From a virus (Duplodnaviria; Caudoviricetes), in the IMG/VR virus record IMGVR_UViG_2713897221_000004, positions 36,004-100,003 of that record: a DNA stretch of 64,000 bases; one strand, written 5' to 3'. A program made the position numbers and the translations under genes. This document shows positions 9,413-18,414 of the stretch, piece after piece. The notes below the pieces were generated by a model. It was not told the DNA's origin. It saw nothing but the letters and a program-made list of their open reading frames with translations, and made no database searches. Position 1 is the first letter of the stretch. Each line of letters opens with the position of its first letter.

Positions 9413-9467
9413 CAAGTTTGCTTGCATTAAAAACACAAGCATGCTTTTATAAATGCAAGTCCACTTG
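9413..9467. promoter_or_regulatory. OL operators / pL
   Basis: CAAGTTTGCTTG (9413), CAAGCATGCTTT (9436), CAAGTCCACTTG (9456); same consensus as OR. Confidence 0.75.
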
Positions 9468-9823
9468 TACTTGGACAGGGCCTCGAAAGGGCCTGACCGC
9501 TCTTTAGCTCCACCCCTTGCCGGATCGACACCGGCGGCAACAGAAAGGTTTAGCGAGGTCGAGCCTCAATTCGACCCACGGGTAAAAGCGATCAGTGATC
9601 GTGCCTCGACCCGGCCGGAGCAGCCTAGATCCGTGCAGAAACAAGAGTGCAGTCGGGAAGAACCGCGGACTGCTGAACAACTTGAAGGGCCTGTACCGCG
9701 CCAGTAGCGCCGAAGGGCAAGGATGGCGCCCTGCCTGATTCAGGGCGCCCTCTGGTTTCACAAATGCCTCTCCTACCCCGGGAGGCATTCGGAAGCCAAA
9801 CAACCGCCCTGGAGGGCAACACG

Positions 9824-10042
9824 ATGTTCAACATGGCAACCATGGCGGCTGAAGAATGCCGCGAAGACAAAGCAGATCGCGCCTATTACAGCTGGCTTTC
9901 CAAGGTGGAAAAGCTCATCGGCCATTTCATCGAGCTTGGATCGCAGGAAGAGAGCGACTTTGGCGACTTTCACCGCGAGGGTCTAACCCCGGCTGAAGCT
10001 GTAACGGAGATGAAGGCCCAGCTGGCACAGATCACGGCATGA
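9824..10042 (+). CDS. Hypothetical early protein
   Basis: GGAGG RBS; first ORF of the pL operon. Confidence 0.65.
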   Translation: MFNMATMAAEECREDKADRAYYSWLSKVEKLIGHFIELGSQEESDFGDFHREGLTPAEAVTEMKAQLAQITA

Positions 10043-10104
10043 CGGTCTTTTCACTGATGCACCTGGTGACGGGTGCATTGGGAAAACAACCGGAGCAAGA
10101 CGTT

Positions 10105-10290
10105 ATGAGCCTGAAAGACCAGGGCTTCGCCTTCTGCATAAGCCCCGACAAGCAGCAATGGCGCTGGATACACCCCGCCGAACGCCAGCGCTTCTACGGC
10201 GACTGGACCGACGTTACGGAATGGCCGGACGACAAGCTTGTGGCGTTCCTAACGCCGACACCGGAACAGCAAGACCTGTTCGCCGCATGA
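10105..10290 (+). CDS. Hypothetical early protein
   Basis: GGAG RBS, MSLKDQGFAFCISPD. Confidence 0.6.
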   Translation: MSLKDQGFAFCISPDKQQWRWIHPAERQRFYGDWTDVTEWPDDKLVAFLTPTPEQQDLFAA

Positions 10291-10356
10291 CGATTTCACT
10301 CGCAGCCATTCCCACGAGTGGCTGCTGGGAAACAAACCGCCCTGGAGGGCAACGCC

Positions 10357-10491
10357 ATGTTCTCTCTCTTCATCTTCTTCCGCTTCATGCTTCGAGACAG
10401 CAAGCCAGCCGCTTTCAAGCCGATGTACGTGCAGACCTGGCCTGATGAAGTGCCGGGCTACCCAGCGTCTGATTTTGTTAAGAACCTGTAA
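10357..10491 (+). CDS. Small hypothetical (44 aa)
   Basis: Same 19-bp leader/RBS as the 9824 gene. Confidence 0.45.
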   Translation: MFSLFIFFRFMLRDSKPAAFKPMYVQTWPDEVPGYPASDFVKNL

Positions 10492-10519
10492 TCCGATCCT
10501 CATTCAATAGGACTTCCCG

Positions 10520-10999
10520 ATGAACGCACAACAGCAACTCACCCCGCCGGCCATCGGCGAAGTTTGGCCAGGCCAAGGCGGTATCTATGGCGGCCTTCGC
10601 CAGTATCCCGAAGGTATGTGTCATGTGATCTTCGCCACTGAAGACGTTGGTCGCCACGCTTACGGCGATTACGGCATATCGACTGAAGCCACCAGCCGCA
10701 CCGACGGCCGCGCCAACACGGCAATCCTGATCGCTCGCACTGGCAAGCACCCTGCGGCCATCGCTGCAGCTGCTTACACAGCCGATGGTCACGCCGACTT
10801 CTACCTGCCGGCGATTGGCGAGCTGCACCACGGCTGGCAGTACGCTCCTGAGTCGTTCAGTGAAGAGTGGTACTACCTGTCGAGTTCGCAGTACTCAGCC
10901 TACGGCGCCTACCTCATGGGCTTCGAAGATGGCTGGCTCCACGGCGACGACAAGACCAACGAGCGCGTGGTGCGCCCTGTCCGCAGATTCCTTCAGTAA
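10520..10999 (+). CDS. DGR target 1 (remote), DUF1566/CLec-like
   Basis: PAIGEVWPGQGG, DGRANT, DFYLP, SSSQYS...VRPVRR; carries VR1. Confidence 0.9.
   Translation: MNAQQQLTPPAIGEVWPGQGGIYGGLRQYPEGMCHVIFATEDVGRHAYGDYGISTEATSRTDGRANTAILIARTGKHPAAIAAAAYTADGHADFYLPAIGELHHGWQYAPESFSEEWYYLSSSQYSAYGAYLMGFEDGWLHGDDKTNERVVRPVRRFLQ
10886..10987 (+). repeat. DGR variable repeat VR1
   Basis: 102 nt, 11 mismatches to TR, all at TR adenines. Confidence 0.95.
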
Positions 11000-11019
11000 T
11001 TCATTCCTTCAATTTCCCT

Positions 11020-11370
11020 GACAGCCGGAAAGACGGCCCGATCACCTCGAAAGAGGCTGCATCGGAGTGTGAACTTGGACCTGATGAACTCCTGTCGGCT
11101 CACAGAACGAGCGAAGCAGGTTAGACAGAGTGGCGATGAGCTCCCGTTCAATGTCGTCAAGTTCACACCCCGATGCGGATGAATGCCCAAGCTGATGGGC
11201 AAGTGTAAGACCTGAGGGATCGCGGGAATCGTGGCCGGTAGAGTGAGTAAGCGCCCAGATGGCCACGGCGAGTCCAAGAATAAGCGGCTGAAACCTTCGC
11301 CCCGGTGAAACTCCGGTGTCACTAAGGCCGCTAATAGTCATGCCGGGATCAGCTCCGGTCATCTGCATCA
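11020..11370 (+). ncRNA. Candidate structured non-coding RNA/leader
   Basis: 19-bp stem 11059-11077/11158-11176, CCTC-GAAA-GAGG hairpin, further hairpins, no convincing ORF. Confidence 0.4.
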
Positions 11371-11735
11371 ACACCCAACCGGAGAACACTATGCTCCTGA
11401 TCATCCTGATCGGCGCAGCGCTGAGTCATGTGCGGCCAGAACCGCCTACCTCTGCCAGCCTGCCGACCGATCCACCAGCCAAGATTCGCGAAAAGCCTCG
11501 ACTGACAACCGGGGTCGCAGCGTTCTGGCGCTGACTGATCCCGCCAAAAACAACAAACTCATAGAGCTACACCATCAAGCTGCATCTGTAGCTGTACCGA
11601 AAGCCCCGAACGTCCAACGGGGCTTTCGTCTCTCCACCGAACCCAACAGAAAGCACTCCCTCCGCGCCCAACGGCAAAAGGCGGTGTGCGAGTGCTTTCG
11701 ATTGGATTTGAACCATCACCCGACAAGGAATCCTC

Positions 11736-12302
11736 ATGAAAACTTTTACCCCCGAACAACTCTCCGAAATCCTCGGTAAACACAAGTTGTGGCTGGACGA
11801 TGGAGAGGGTGGCGAGCGCGCCGACCTGCGCGGTGCCAACCTGGGCGATGCCGACCTGCGCGGTGCCAACCTGCGCGGTGCCAACCTGCGCGGTGCCAAC
11901 CTGGGCGATGCCAACCTGGGCGATGCCGACCTGCGCGGTGCCAACCTGCGCGGTGCCAACCTGCGCGGTGCCAACCTGGGCGATGCCGACCTGCGCGGTG
12001 CCTACCTGGGCGAAGTCAGAAACCTGAATGGCGCTACCGGCAACCGCAGGGAGATCAAGGCTATTCAATGCGACCTCTGGCCGGTCACGTACACCGCGGA
12101 ACGCATGCAGATCGGTTGCCAGTTCCACGCGCTGGCCGAATGGTGGGCATTCACCGATGAGGAAATCGCCGACATGGATAGCCAAGCGCTGGCTTGGTGG
12201 AAGGTCTGGAAGCCGCTCCTGCAACAGATCATCGAGACGTCGCCGGCAGAGCCAGGCGGCGAGCCGAAACAAGAACCTGCCGAGCCCGAAAATGCCGCAT
12301 AA
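11736..12302 (+). CDS. Pentapeptide-repeat protein
   Basis: 13 A(D/N)L(RG/GD) units; AAGGA RBS. Confidence 0.9.
   Translation: MKTFTPEQLSEILGKHKLWLDDGEGGERADLRGANLGDADLRGANLRGANLRGANLGDANLGDADLRGANLRGANLRGANLGDADLRGAYLGEVRNLNGATGNRREIKAIQCDLWPVTYTAERMQIGCQFHALAEWWAFTDEEIADMDSQALAWWKVWKPLLQQIIETSPAEPGGEPKQEPAEPENAA
11819..12013 (+). repeat. 15-bp coding tandem repeat
   Basis: GCC(A/G)ACCTG(CGCGGT/GGCGAT) x13. Confidence 0.9.
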
Positions 12303-12531
12303 GCGTCATGCGAGCGAGTCGTGGGGCCTGATCAGCCAGACCTGACGCTTGCCGGGAAGCGCCGGCCGCTCGCGCCTTTCATTGGAGATCGTCATGAAAC
12401 GCAAGCCATCAAAACCCCGCCTCAACGTCCACGACTGCGCCAAAGGCCGTATGCATGACGCACCGCGGAAAGTCGTTACCACTATGCCGGGCGGGTATAT
12501 CGCCTGACCTGCACCGCCGATGGAGGCGACC

Positions 12532-12819
12532 ATGGACTACGAAGTGATTGTTGAAGGGTTCGTCCTCCAGGTGGAGGTGACCCATTGCGTGAACATTCCG
12601 CCAAGCCCGGGCAGCTGGAACAGCGACTGGGATGCCCAGGGCGAGCGCGAGCTGGAGTTCAAGCTGAACTCTGCCATCTGCTACGACGATGATGGCATCC
12701 GCATGGATGTTGGTCTTTCGGCCTTACCAGTGCTGGCGTACCAGTACGTCCGCCAGATCGAAACAGCGCTGTGGATTGAGATCGACGCCAAGCGGCGCCG
12801 GGGGCGGTGGGCAGCATGA
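12532..12819 (+). CDS. Hypothetical phage protein
   Basis: GGAGG RBS. Confidence 0.65.
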   Translation: MDYEVIVEGFVLQVEVTHCVNIPPSPGSWNSDWDAQGERELEFKLNSAICYDDDGIRMDVGLSALPVLAYQYVRQIETALWIEIDAKRRRGRWAA

Positions 12820-13034
12820 CGCCGCATGAAATCGCAGTTCACCGTATCGAAACGGAAATCAAGCAGATCCCAACCTCGCTACTGCCAATCAATGCAGCTG
12901 AGCGGGCATGTATGGCCGCCTTCCTTTCCGAGGAGCTATCGGCCATCACCACGAAAGAGCGCGATGAGTTCTTGAAGCTGATTCGCGCCGCTGAAATGGT
13001 CCGTTATCTGGAGCTGCTCAAGGGGGCCGCATGA
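12816..13034 (+). CDS. Hypothetical phage protein
   Basis: ATGA coupling. Confidence 0.6.
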   Translation: MTPHEIAVHRIETEIKQIPTSLLPINAAERACMAAFLSEELSAITTKERDEFLKLIRAAEMVRYLELLKGAA

Positions 13035-13468
13035 ATACCATGACCTTAGCTTTCACCCACAAGTCCTGGCTAGGCGCTCTGTCGCTGGCCTACGACGCCG
13101 GCATCGAAAATGTCCACGCCTGGAGCCGCCGGGCCTGTCTGTGTGGTGAGTGGACTGTCGCTTATGAGGTGAAGGCATGACCCTACGCGAGTTCATCAAT
13201 GTTGCCGCCTGGCTTCTGTTCTGCGGCGCCGGGATCTGGGGGTTTTCTCAGGCCATCGAGCATCGCTCTGAAATTCCACAGATTCCGCATTGCACTGGGG
13301 TGGTTAAGTGAGATCTCTCCAGCAGGCTAGGAGGCTCGCCTACTGGCGTGGCTCTGCAATCACCCTCCTCCTCTGCACCTTCTTGATGTTGCTCGGCGCC
13401 CTCGCCGATCGCGTCACTCAGTAATCAACTCCTTCAAGCGCTGCGCACGTCGCGGCCAAGGATTCCCC

Positions 13469-14572
13469 GTGTCCGCACAACAGCAAGTCATCAAGATCGA
13501 CGACATTAGCGAAGAAAACGCACCGGCCATCTATGTCGCCGGCGGCCTTGGCCAGTTCTTCGACGCGGTAGCCGCTGAGGTCACCGCCGAGGTTCCAGAC
13601 CTGACCACTCGCAAAGGCCGCGAGCGCATCGCCTCTCTGGCGGCAAAGGTCAGCAAGTCGAAGACGGCCGTTGAAAAGCCGGGTCGCGACTACCTCAAGC
13701 GCCTGAAGGAAATGCCCAAGGTAGTGGAGGCCGAGCTGCGCGAGTTCGTCAACAAGATGGACGCCCTTCGCGATGCCACCCGCCAGCCTCTGACGGACTG
13801 GGAGCAAAAAGAACTGGCCAGGACCGACAAGCACATCGACGGCATCCAGAGCATCAAGGACATGGCCAGCTTCGACGAGCCACCGACAGCCGCCCATGTC
13901 GCCCAGGTCATCGCCGACCTGGAACTGCTGGCTCTCGACGACTCCTGGGAGGAGTTCTTGCCCGAGGCGGCCCAAGCCAAGAATCAAGCGCTGATCACGC
14001 TGCGCGGCCTGCACGCCGAGCGAGCCCGGCATGAGGCAGAGCAGGCTGAGTTGGCGCGCCTCCGCGAGGAGAAGGAAATGCGCGACAAGAAAGATCGTGA
14101 GGACCAGATCGCTCGGGAAGCCGCTGAGCGCGCTACGCAAGAAGCAGAAGAAAAGGCCCAGCGCGCTCGAGATGCAGAAGCTCAGCGCGTTCGCGATGAG
14201 CAGGAGGCTGCCGAGAAGCGCGAGAGCGACCTTAAGCTTCAGACGGCAGAAGCTGAGCGCCGCGCTGAACAGGCAAAGCGCGAGCAGGTTGAGGCCGAAC
14301 AGAGGGCTGAGCGCGAGCGACTGGAAGGCATCGAACGGCAAGCCGCTGCGGTGGAGCAGGCGCGACTGGATGAGGTCAAGCGCCAGAACGACGCCGCCGC
14401 CGAGATCCTGCGCCAGCAGGAAGCCCGCGAGGCCGATACGGCACACAGAGCCAAGATCAACCGCGCCGCCCTGGCAGCCTTCGTGGCTGGCGGCATGACC
14501 GAGGAATGCGCCAAGCAGGCAATCACGCTGATCGCCAAGCGCCAGATCCCGAACGTTTCGATTGCCTATTGA
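13469..14572 (+). CDS. Coiled-coil phage protein upstream of the recombination genes
   Basis: Long E/A/R/Q-rich helix; AAGGA RBS. Confidence 0.8.
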   Translation: MSAQQQVIKIDDISEENAPAIYVAGGLGQFFDAVAAEVTAEVPDLTTRKGRERIASLAAKVSKSKTAVEKPGRDYLKRLKEMPKVVEAELREFVNKMDALRDATRQPLTDWEQKELARTDKHIDGIQSIKDMASFDEPPTAAHVAQVIADLELLALDDSWEEFLPEAAQAKNQALITLRGLHAERARHEAEQAELARLREEKEMRDKKDREDQIAREAAERATQEAEEKAQRARDAEAQRVRDEQEAAEKRESDLKLQTAEAERRAEQAKREQVEAEQRAERERLEGIERQAAAVEQARLDEVKRQNDAAAEILRQQEAREADTAHRAKINRAALAAFVAGGMTEECAKQAITLIAKRQIPNVSIAY

Positions 14573-14579
14573 GGTCGCC

Positions 14580-15389
14580 ATGAGCAATACAGCACTTGCC
14601 GAGAAATCTGACGCTCGGCAGATCGCCTCCCCGGCGATCACCAGCGAGTCAACCGCAATGCTGACCATGATTCAGCGTGCCGCCACTGACCCCGCCTTCG
14701 ACGCGGACAAGATGCAGAAGATGATGGAGATGTACGAACGGCACACCGATCGTACTGCTGCAGCAGCATTCAACGCGGCGATGGTTAGAGCTCAGGCCGA
14801 GATCGGCCCCGTATTCCGCGACAAGTTCAACGCACAGACGAACAGCGCTTATGCCGCGCTTGAATCGATTGACCGGAAAATATCGCCGGTCTACACGGCT
14901 TACGGCTTCTCACTGTCATTCGGCACTGGAGACAGTCCGCTGGCCGGCCACATCCGCACGGTATGCGACTGCATGCATGAGGCTGGCCACACGAAGCAGT
15001 ACCACGTCGATCTTCCGATTGACTCGGCCGGCATCAAGGGCAGCGTGAACAAGACAGGCGTTCACGCCAGCGGCTCGACATACAGCTACGCCCGGCGCTA
15101 TCTGACGATGATGATCTTCAATGTCGTCCTGACCAATGAGGATAACGACGGGAATGGAGATCAAACACAGGGTCTTGGCGAGCTCCTAAACGAGTGGATA
15201 CCAAAGGCCTACGCCGCCGAGTCGAAAGAGGCTCTGACGGCTATCTGGCAAGCAGGCGTCCAGGCCTCCCAGGACCTGAAAGCTACCGACAAAAAAACGG
15301 CAACCGACCTCTATGAAGCATTGAAGGTTGCGGTCACCACTCGCGGGCAGCAGCTTAGCGCCCCCGCTCAAGAAGGAGCCGACCAATGA
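14580..15389 (+). CDS. erf: ERF-family ssDNA annealing protein
   Basis: YAALESID and GSTYSYARRY motifs. Confidence 0.85.
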   Translation: MSNTALAEKSDARQIASPAITSESTAMLTMIQRAATDPAFDADKMQKMMEMYERHTDRTAAAAFNAAMVRAQAEIGPVFRDKFNAQTNSAYAALESIDRKISPVYTAYGFSLSFGTGDSPLAGHIRTVCDCMHEAGHTKQYHVDLPIDSAGIKGSVNKTGVHASGSTYSYARRYLTMMIFNVVLTNEDNDGNGDQTQGLGELLNEWIPKAYAAESKEALTAIWQAGVQASQDLKATDKKTATDLYEALKVAVTTRGQQLSAPAQEGADQ

Positions 15390-16030
15390 TCATCGTTCAC
15401 TGCTCTCAAGGATCAGACGCCTGGCATCAGGAAAGAGCCGGCGTCATCACAGCAAGCATGTTCAGCGACGCCCGCGCCCGGCTGAAGTCAGGCCCCAACA
15501 AGGGCGAGCCGACCGCCAAGGCCTTGGACTATGCCTTCCGTCTGGCCGTTGAGCGTATCAGCGGCTCCCCGCTGGATGGTGGATTCGAAACCTGGCAGAT
15601 GAAGCGTGGCCACGAACTGGAGCCCGAGGCCCGCATGGAGCACGAAATCCAGACAGGGCTGATCGTCACTCAGGTTGGATTGGTTAAAACCGATGATGGC
15701 GTGTTCGGCGCCAGTGCCGACGGCTTCATTGGCGAGGATGGCGGGTCTGAGTACAAATGCTTCTTGGCGCCGGAAAAGCTGCGATCCTTCCACATCGACA
15801 ATGACGCCAGCGACATCATGGACCAAGTGCAAGGCTGTATGTGGATCACCGGCCGCAAGTGGTGGCATATCGGGATGTACTGCCCAGACCTTAAGCCAGT
15901 CGGCCGCCAGCTCTGGTGGCAGGAGTTTAAGCGCGACGAGGACTACATCGAAAAGCTCGAGGAAGACCTGTGGCAGTTCAAGCTGCTGGTCGATCAGTAC
16001 GAGGCCAAGCTGAGGAGTAAGGCAGCATGA
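15386..16030 (+). CDS. YqaJ/lambda-exonuclease family
   Basis: QGSDAWHQERAGVITAS, RGHELEP, ASADG, EYKC, QVQG. Confidence 0.92.
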   Translation: MIIVHCSQGSDAWHQERAGVITASMFSDARARLKSGPNKGEPTAKALDYAFRLAVERISGSPLDGGFETWQMKRGHELEPEARMEHEIQTGLIVTQVGLVKTDDGVFGASADGFIGEDGGSEYKCFLAPEKLRSFHIDNDASDIMDQVQGCMWITGRKWWHIGMYCPDLKPVGRQLWWQEFKRDEDYIEKLEEDLWQFKLLVDQYEAKLRSKAA

Positions 16031-16269
16031 TCAGCAACCACCTCAACCTGGTGGAGCGGCAGCGGCAAAGCGCCGAGGAGATATCGGCACAAGTCGCCCA
16101 GTTCCTGGCGGCCGGCGGCCAGATCGCCCAACTGAAAAGCCCACCGCGAAATCCCTTGCCGCCTCCCCGCTCAACCCGAATAGACCCTGAAACGGTCCTC
16201 AAGCGAAAGCCACGGCCGCTGACCCTGGCCGAGCGCCGCGCCCTTCGAAAAATGGCGGACTCACTATGA
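16027..16269 (+). CDS. Hypothetical phage protein
   Basis: Coupled ORF, FLAAGGQI motif. Confidence 0.65.
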   Translation: MISNHLNLVERQRQSAEEISAQVAQFLAAGGQIAQLKSPPRNPLPPPRSTRIDPETVLKRKPRPLTLAERRALRKMADSL

Positions 16270-16736
16270 GCAAGCGCAAGCCTCACAACCTCAAGGCCAG
16301 GATCGAACGATCCTGCCGGGCCCTGCTCAGCACCAACCACGTCGCAGTGGTGAACATCGACCCGAGCGGTCGCCAGGGCATGATCAATTACAAGTCGCTG
16401 AAGAACATCGCGCCGGGGAAGATCGGCCAGGCCGTCTGCGGCATTCCACACCGGTGGACGATCTACCTCAGCGCTCTATGTATCGATGCCCGCGGCGACC
16501 GCTACAGCAAGTCGATTGAGGTGGCTCCGGAAGGCGTCTACCTCTCCGACCACCTGGAGGACGTGATCGAGCATTGCTACAAGGAGCTGCGCGAATCAGC
16601 CAATCAAAGCCAGATGCTGGCCTCGGGATGGATCGCCATTCCCGAGGCGATGTCGCTCGACGAGGATCATGCAGCGCGGATCTTCGAAGCGGTCGGGGCC
16701 TGGCATCAGGTAAAGGTCGATTCATGCGCCGCATAG
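16266..16736 (+). CDS. Hypothetical phage protein
   Basis: Coupled ORF. Confidence 0.7.
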   Translation: MSKRKPHNLKARIERSCRALLSTNHVAVVNIDPSGRQGMINYKSLKNIAPGKIGQAVCGIPHRWTIYLSALCIDARGDRYSKSIEVAPEGVYLSDHLEDVIEHCYKELRESANQSQMLASGWIAIPEAMSLDEDHAARIFEAVGAWHQVKVDSCAA

Positions 16737-16805
16737 CCCGCACCCAACAACGTAAACGACAGACCTGGCTGGCACTGCCGGCCAGCGGAATCGAAGAGGT
16801 AGGCC

Positions 16806-17117
16806 ATGGCCAAGAGCAATGCGGAACGCTCAGCAAAGACCGCGGCGAAGCGAAAGAGCCGCGGCGAAGAGGAATTGCGACTCCATACACTGGCCGGAAC
16901 CCGCCAGGCCCTGGCCGACCTGATGGACTGGAACGGTATTGAGGAGCAGGGCGAGGCCATGACTCTGATGATTCACCATCTGCACGGCCTGGGCCCTGCT
17001 GGATCAGCTCAGTTCCTTTCAGCTCCGCGACACGAAATCACGATAAGCGAAAACGTGTCGCGCAAATTGCAACTCGCCTACAACCGCGAATCCCTTCGCA
17101 TCTGTCACGACGAATAA
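16806..17117 (+). CDS. Hypothetical phage protein
   Basis: GAGG RBS; basic N-terminus. Confidence 0.65.
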   Translation: MAKSNAERSAKTAAKRKSRGEEELRLHTLAGTRQALADLMDWNGIEEQGEAMTLMIHHLHGLGPAGSAQFLSAPRHEITISENVSRKLQLAYNRESLRICHDE

Positions 17118-17175
17118 CCCCTACCCCACGCTGCGCATCCGGTCCCGGAGGGCGGCGCACACCTGGAGAAACACC

Positions 17176-17652
17176 ATGACCCAAGTTGCACAGCAATTCA
17201 TCGCCGCCGCGGATCTCCCAGAACGCGGCCAACCTCTCGCCGGCGGCACCTTCTTCACCCGCTACTGGCTCAACGGCGAGGAGCGCGCCCTTGTACTGCT
17301 CGGCGACGAACTCAGCGGCGAGTGGGGCGAATATGGCCTCGACGTTCCTGGCGCCAAGAGCTACAGCGACGGCGAGGCAAACACCCGGGCGATGGCCGAG
17401 GCCGGCAGCAAGATCGCTATCAAGGCCCTGGAACTGGGTGCGCATATCCCTTCCTGCCTGGAGGGCCAGCTGGTTATGGCGGCCAAGGCCGATGGTCTGG
17501 TGACGCTACGCGAGGATCGCTTCCACTGGCTGAGCACGCAGTACTCAGCCCACTGCGCCTACGGCATGGGCTTCGGAGGTGGCTGGCTCGGCTACGGCGG
17601 CAAGGACGACGAGCGCGTGGTGCGCCCTGTCCGCAGCCTTCCAATTCGGTAA
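17176..17652 (+). CDS. DGR target 2, DUF1566/CLec-like
   Basis: DGEANT, WLSTQYS...VRPVR; carries VR2. Confidence 0.9.
   Translation: MTQVAQQFIAAADLPERGQPLAGGTFFTRYWLNGEERALVLLGDELSGEWGEYGLDVPGAKSYSDGEANTRAMAEAGSKIAIKALELGAHIPSCLEGQLVMAAKADGLVTLREDRFHWLSTQYSAHCAYGMGFGGGWLGYGGKDDERVVRPVRSLPIR
17537..17637 (+). repeat. DGR variable repeat VR2
   Basis: 17 mismatches to TR over 101 nt, all at TR adenines. Confidence 0.95.
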
Positions 17653-17771
17653 TTCATTCCTTCATTCCTTTTCTTGCAGGCGATTCCGGGAGCGTCAGGA
17701 CGACGCCCAGACCAGAAGCAAGCCGGGAAGCGCCGGCCGCCTGCACCCTATTTCGCTCACAGGAGCATCCC

Positions 17772-18359
17772 ATGCAAATGATCACCGTAAGTCACGGCGA
17801 GACCATGCTGACCACTCCGGACGCTGCCCTTGCACTGCAGGTGCTGACCGGGCTGAGCGCTTCCGCAAAGCCGGCCGCGGCACCATCTGGCATCCCAGCA
17901 ATCGGCGAATACTGGCCGGGTGAAGGCGGCGTCAACGGCGGCCTGTTCCAGGGCGGCGACCGCCCCTATTACCTGATCGTACCGACGGGCGAAGATGTCG
18001 AAGCCGACCTTGAGTGGGGCGGCTACGGCCAAGAACTCGACGGCGCCAAATCCCCATGGGATGGCCAGGCCAACACCGCTTATCTGGCAAGCAGCAACCG
18101 AGAGCACGACCACCCTGCCGCCCAGTTCTGCGCCAACTTCGAACGTGATGGACACAAGGACTTCTACCTCATGGCCAGGCGTGAGGCGACCCATCTCGAA
18201 ATCACAGTGCCGCACCTGTTCAGCAAGCCTTGGCACTGGACCAGTACGCAGTGCTCAGCCTACGGCGCCTACGACATGGACTTCGAAGATGGCTGGCTCG
18301 ACGACGGCGGCAAGGGCAACGAGCGCGTGGTGCGCCCTGTCCGCAGAAAGCTTATTTGA
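17772..18359 (+). CDS. DGR target 3, DUF1566/CLec-like
   Basis: AGGAG RBS before ATG 17772; PAIGEYWPGEGG, DGQANT, DFYL, WTSTQ...VRPVRR; carries VR3. Confidence 0.9.
   Translation: MQMITVSHGETMLTTPDAALALQVLTGLSASAKPAAAPSGIPAIGEYWPGEGGVNGGLFQGGDRPYYLIVPTGEDVEADLEWGGYGQELDGAKSPWDGQANTAYLASSNREHDHPAAQFCANFERDGHKDFYLMARREATHLEITVPHLFSKPWHWTSTQCSAYGAYDMDFEDGWLDDGGKGNERVVRPVRRKLI
18247..18347 (+). repeat. DGR variable repeat VR3
   Basis: 12 mismatches to TR over 101 nt, all at TR adenines. Confidence 0.95.
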
Positions 18360-18414
18360 TCCTTCAATGCTTCATTCCTGGGCGCCTCGGCGCCCTCGCT
18401 TTTAGGAGGCCAGG

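Noticed and set aside
11078-11122. Hammerhead ribozyme (CTGATGA...CGAAG)
   Set aside because: GAAG instead of GAAA, an A/C mismatch at the base of stem II, and flanks that pair with each other rather than forming a three-way junction.
11819-12013. CRISPR array
   Set aside because: Contiguous 15-bp coding repeats without spacers.
17322-17771. 345-aa version of target 3
   Set aside because: The extension overlaps target 2 out of frame; a strong RBS precedes ATG 17772.
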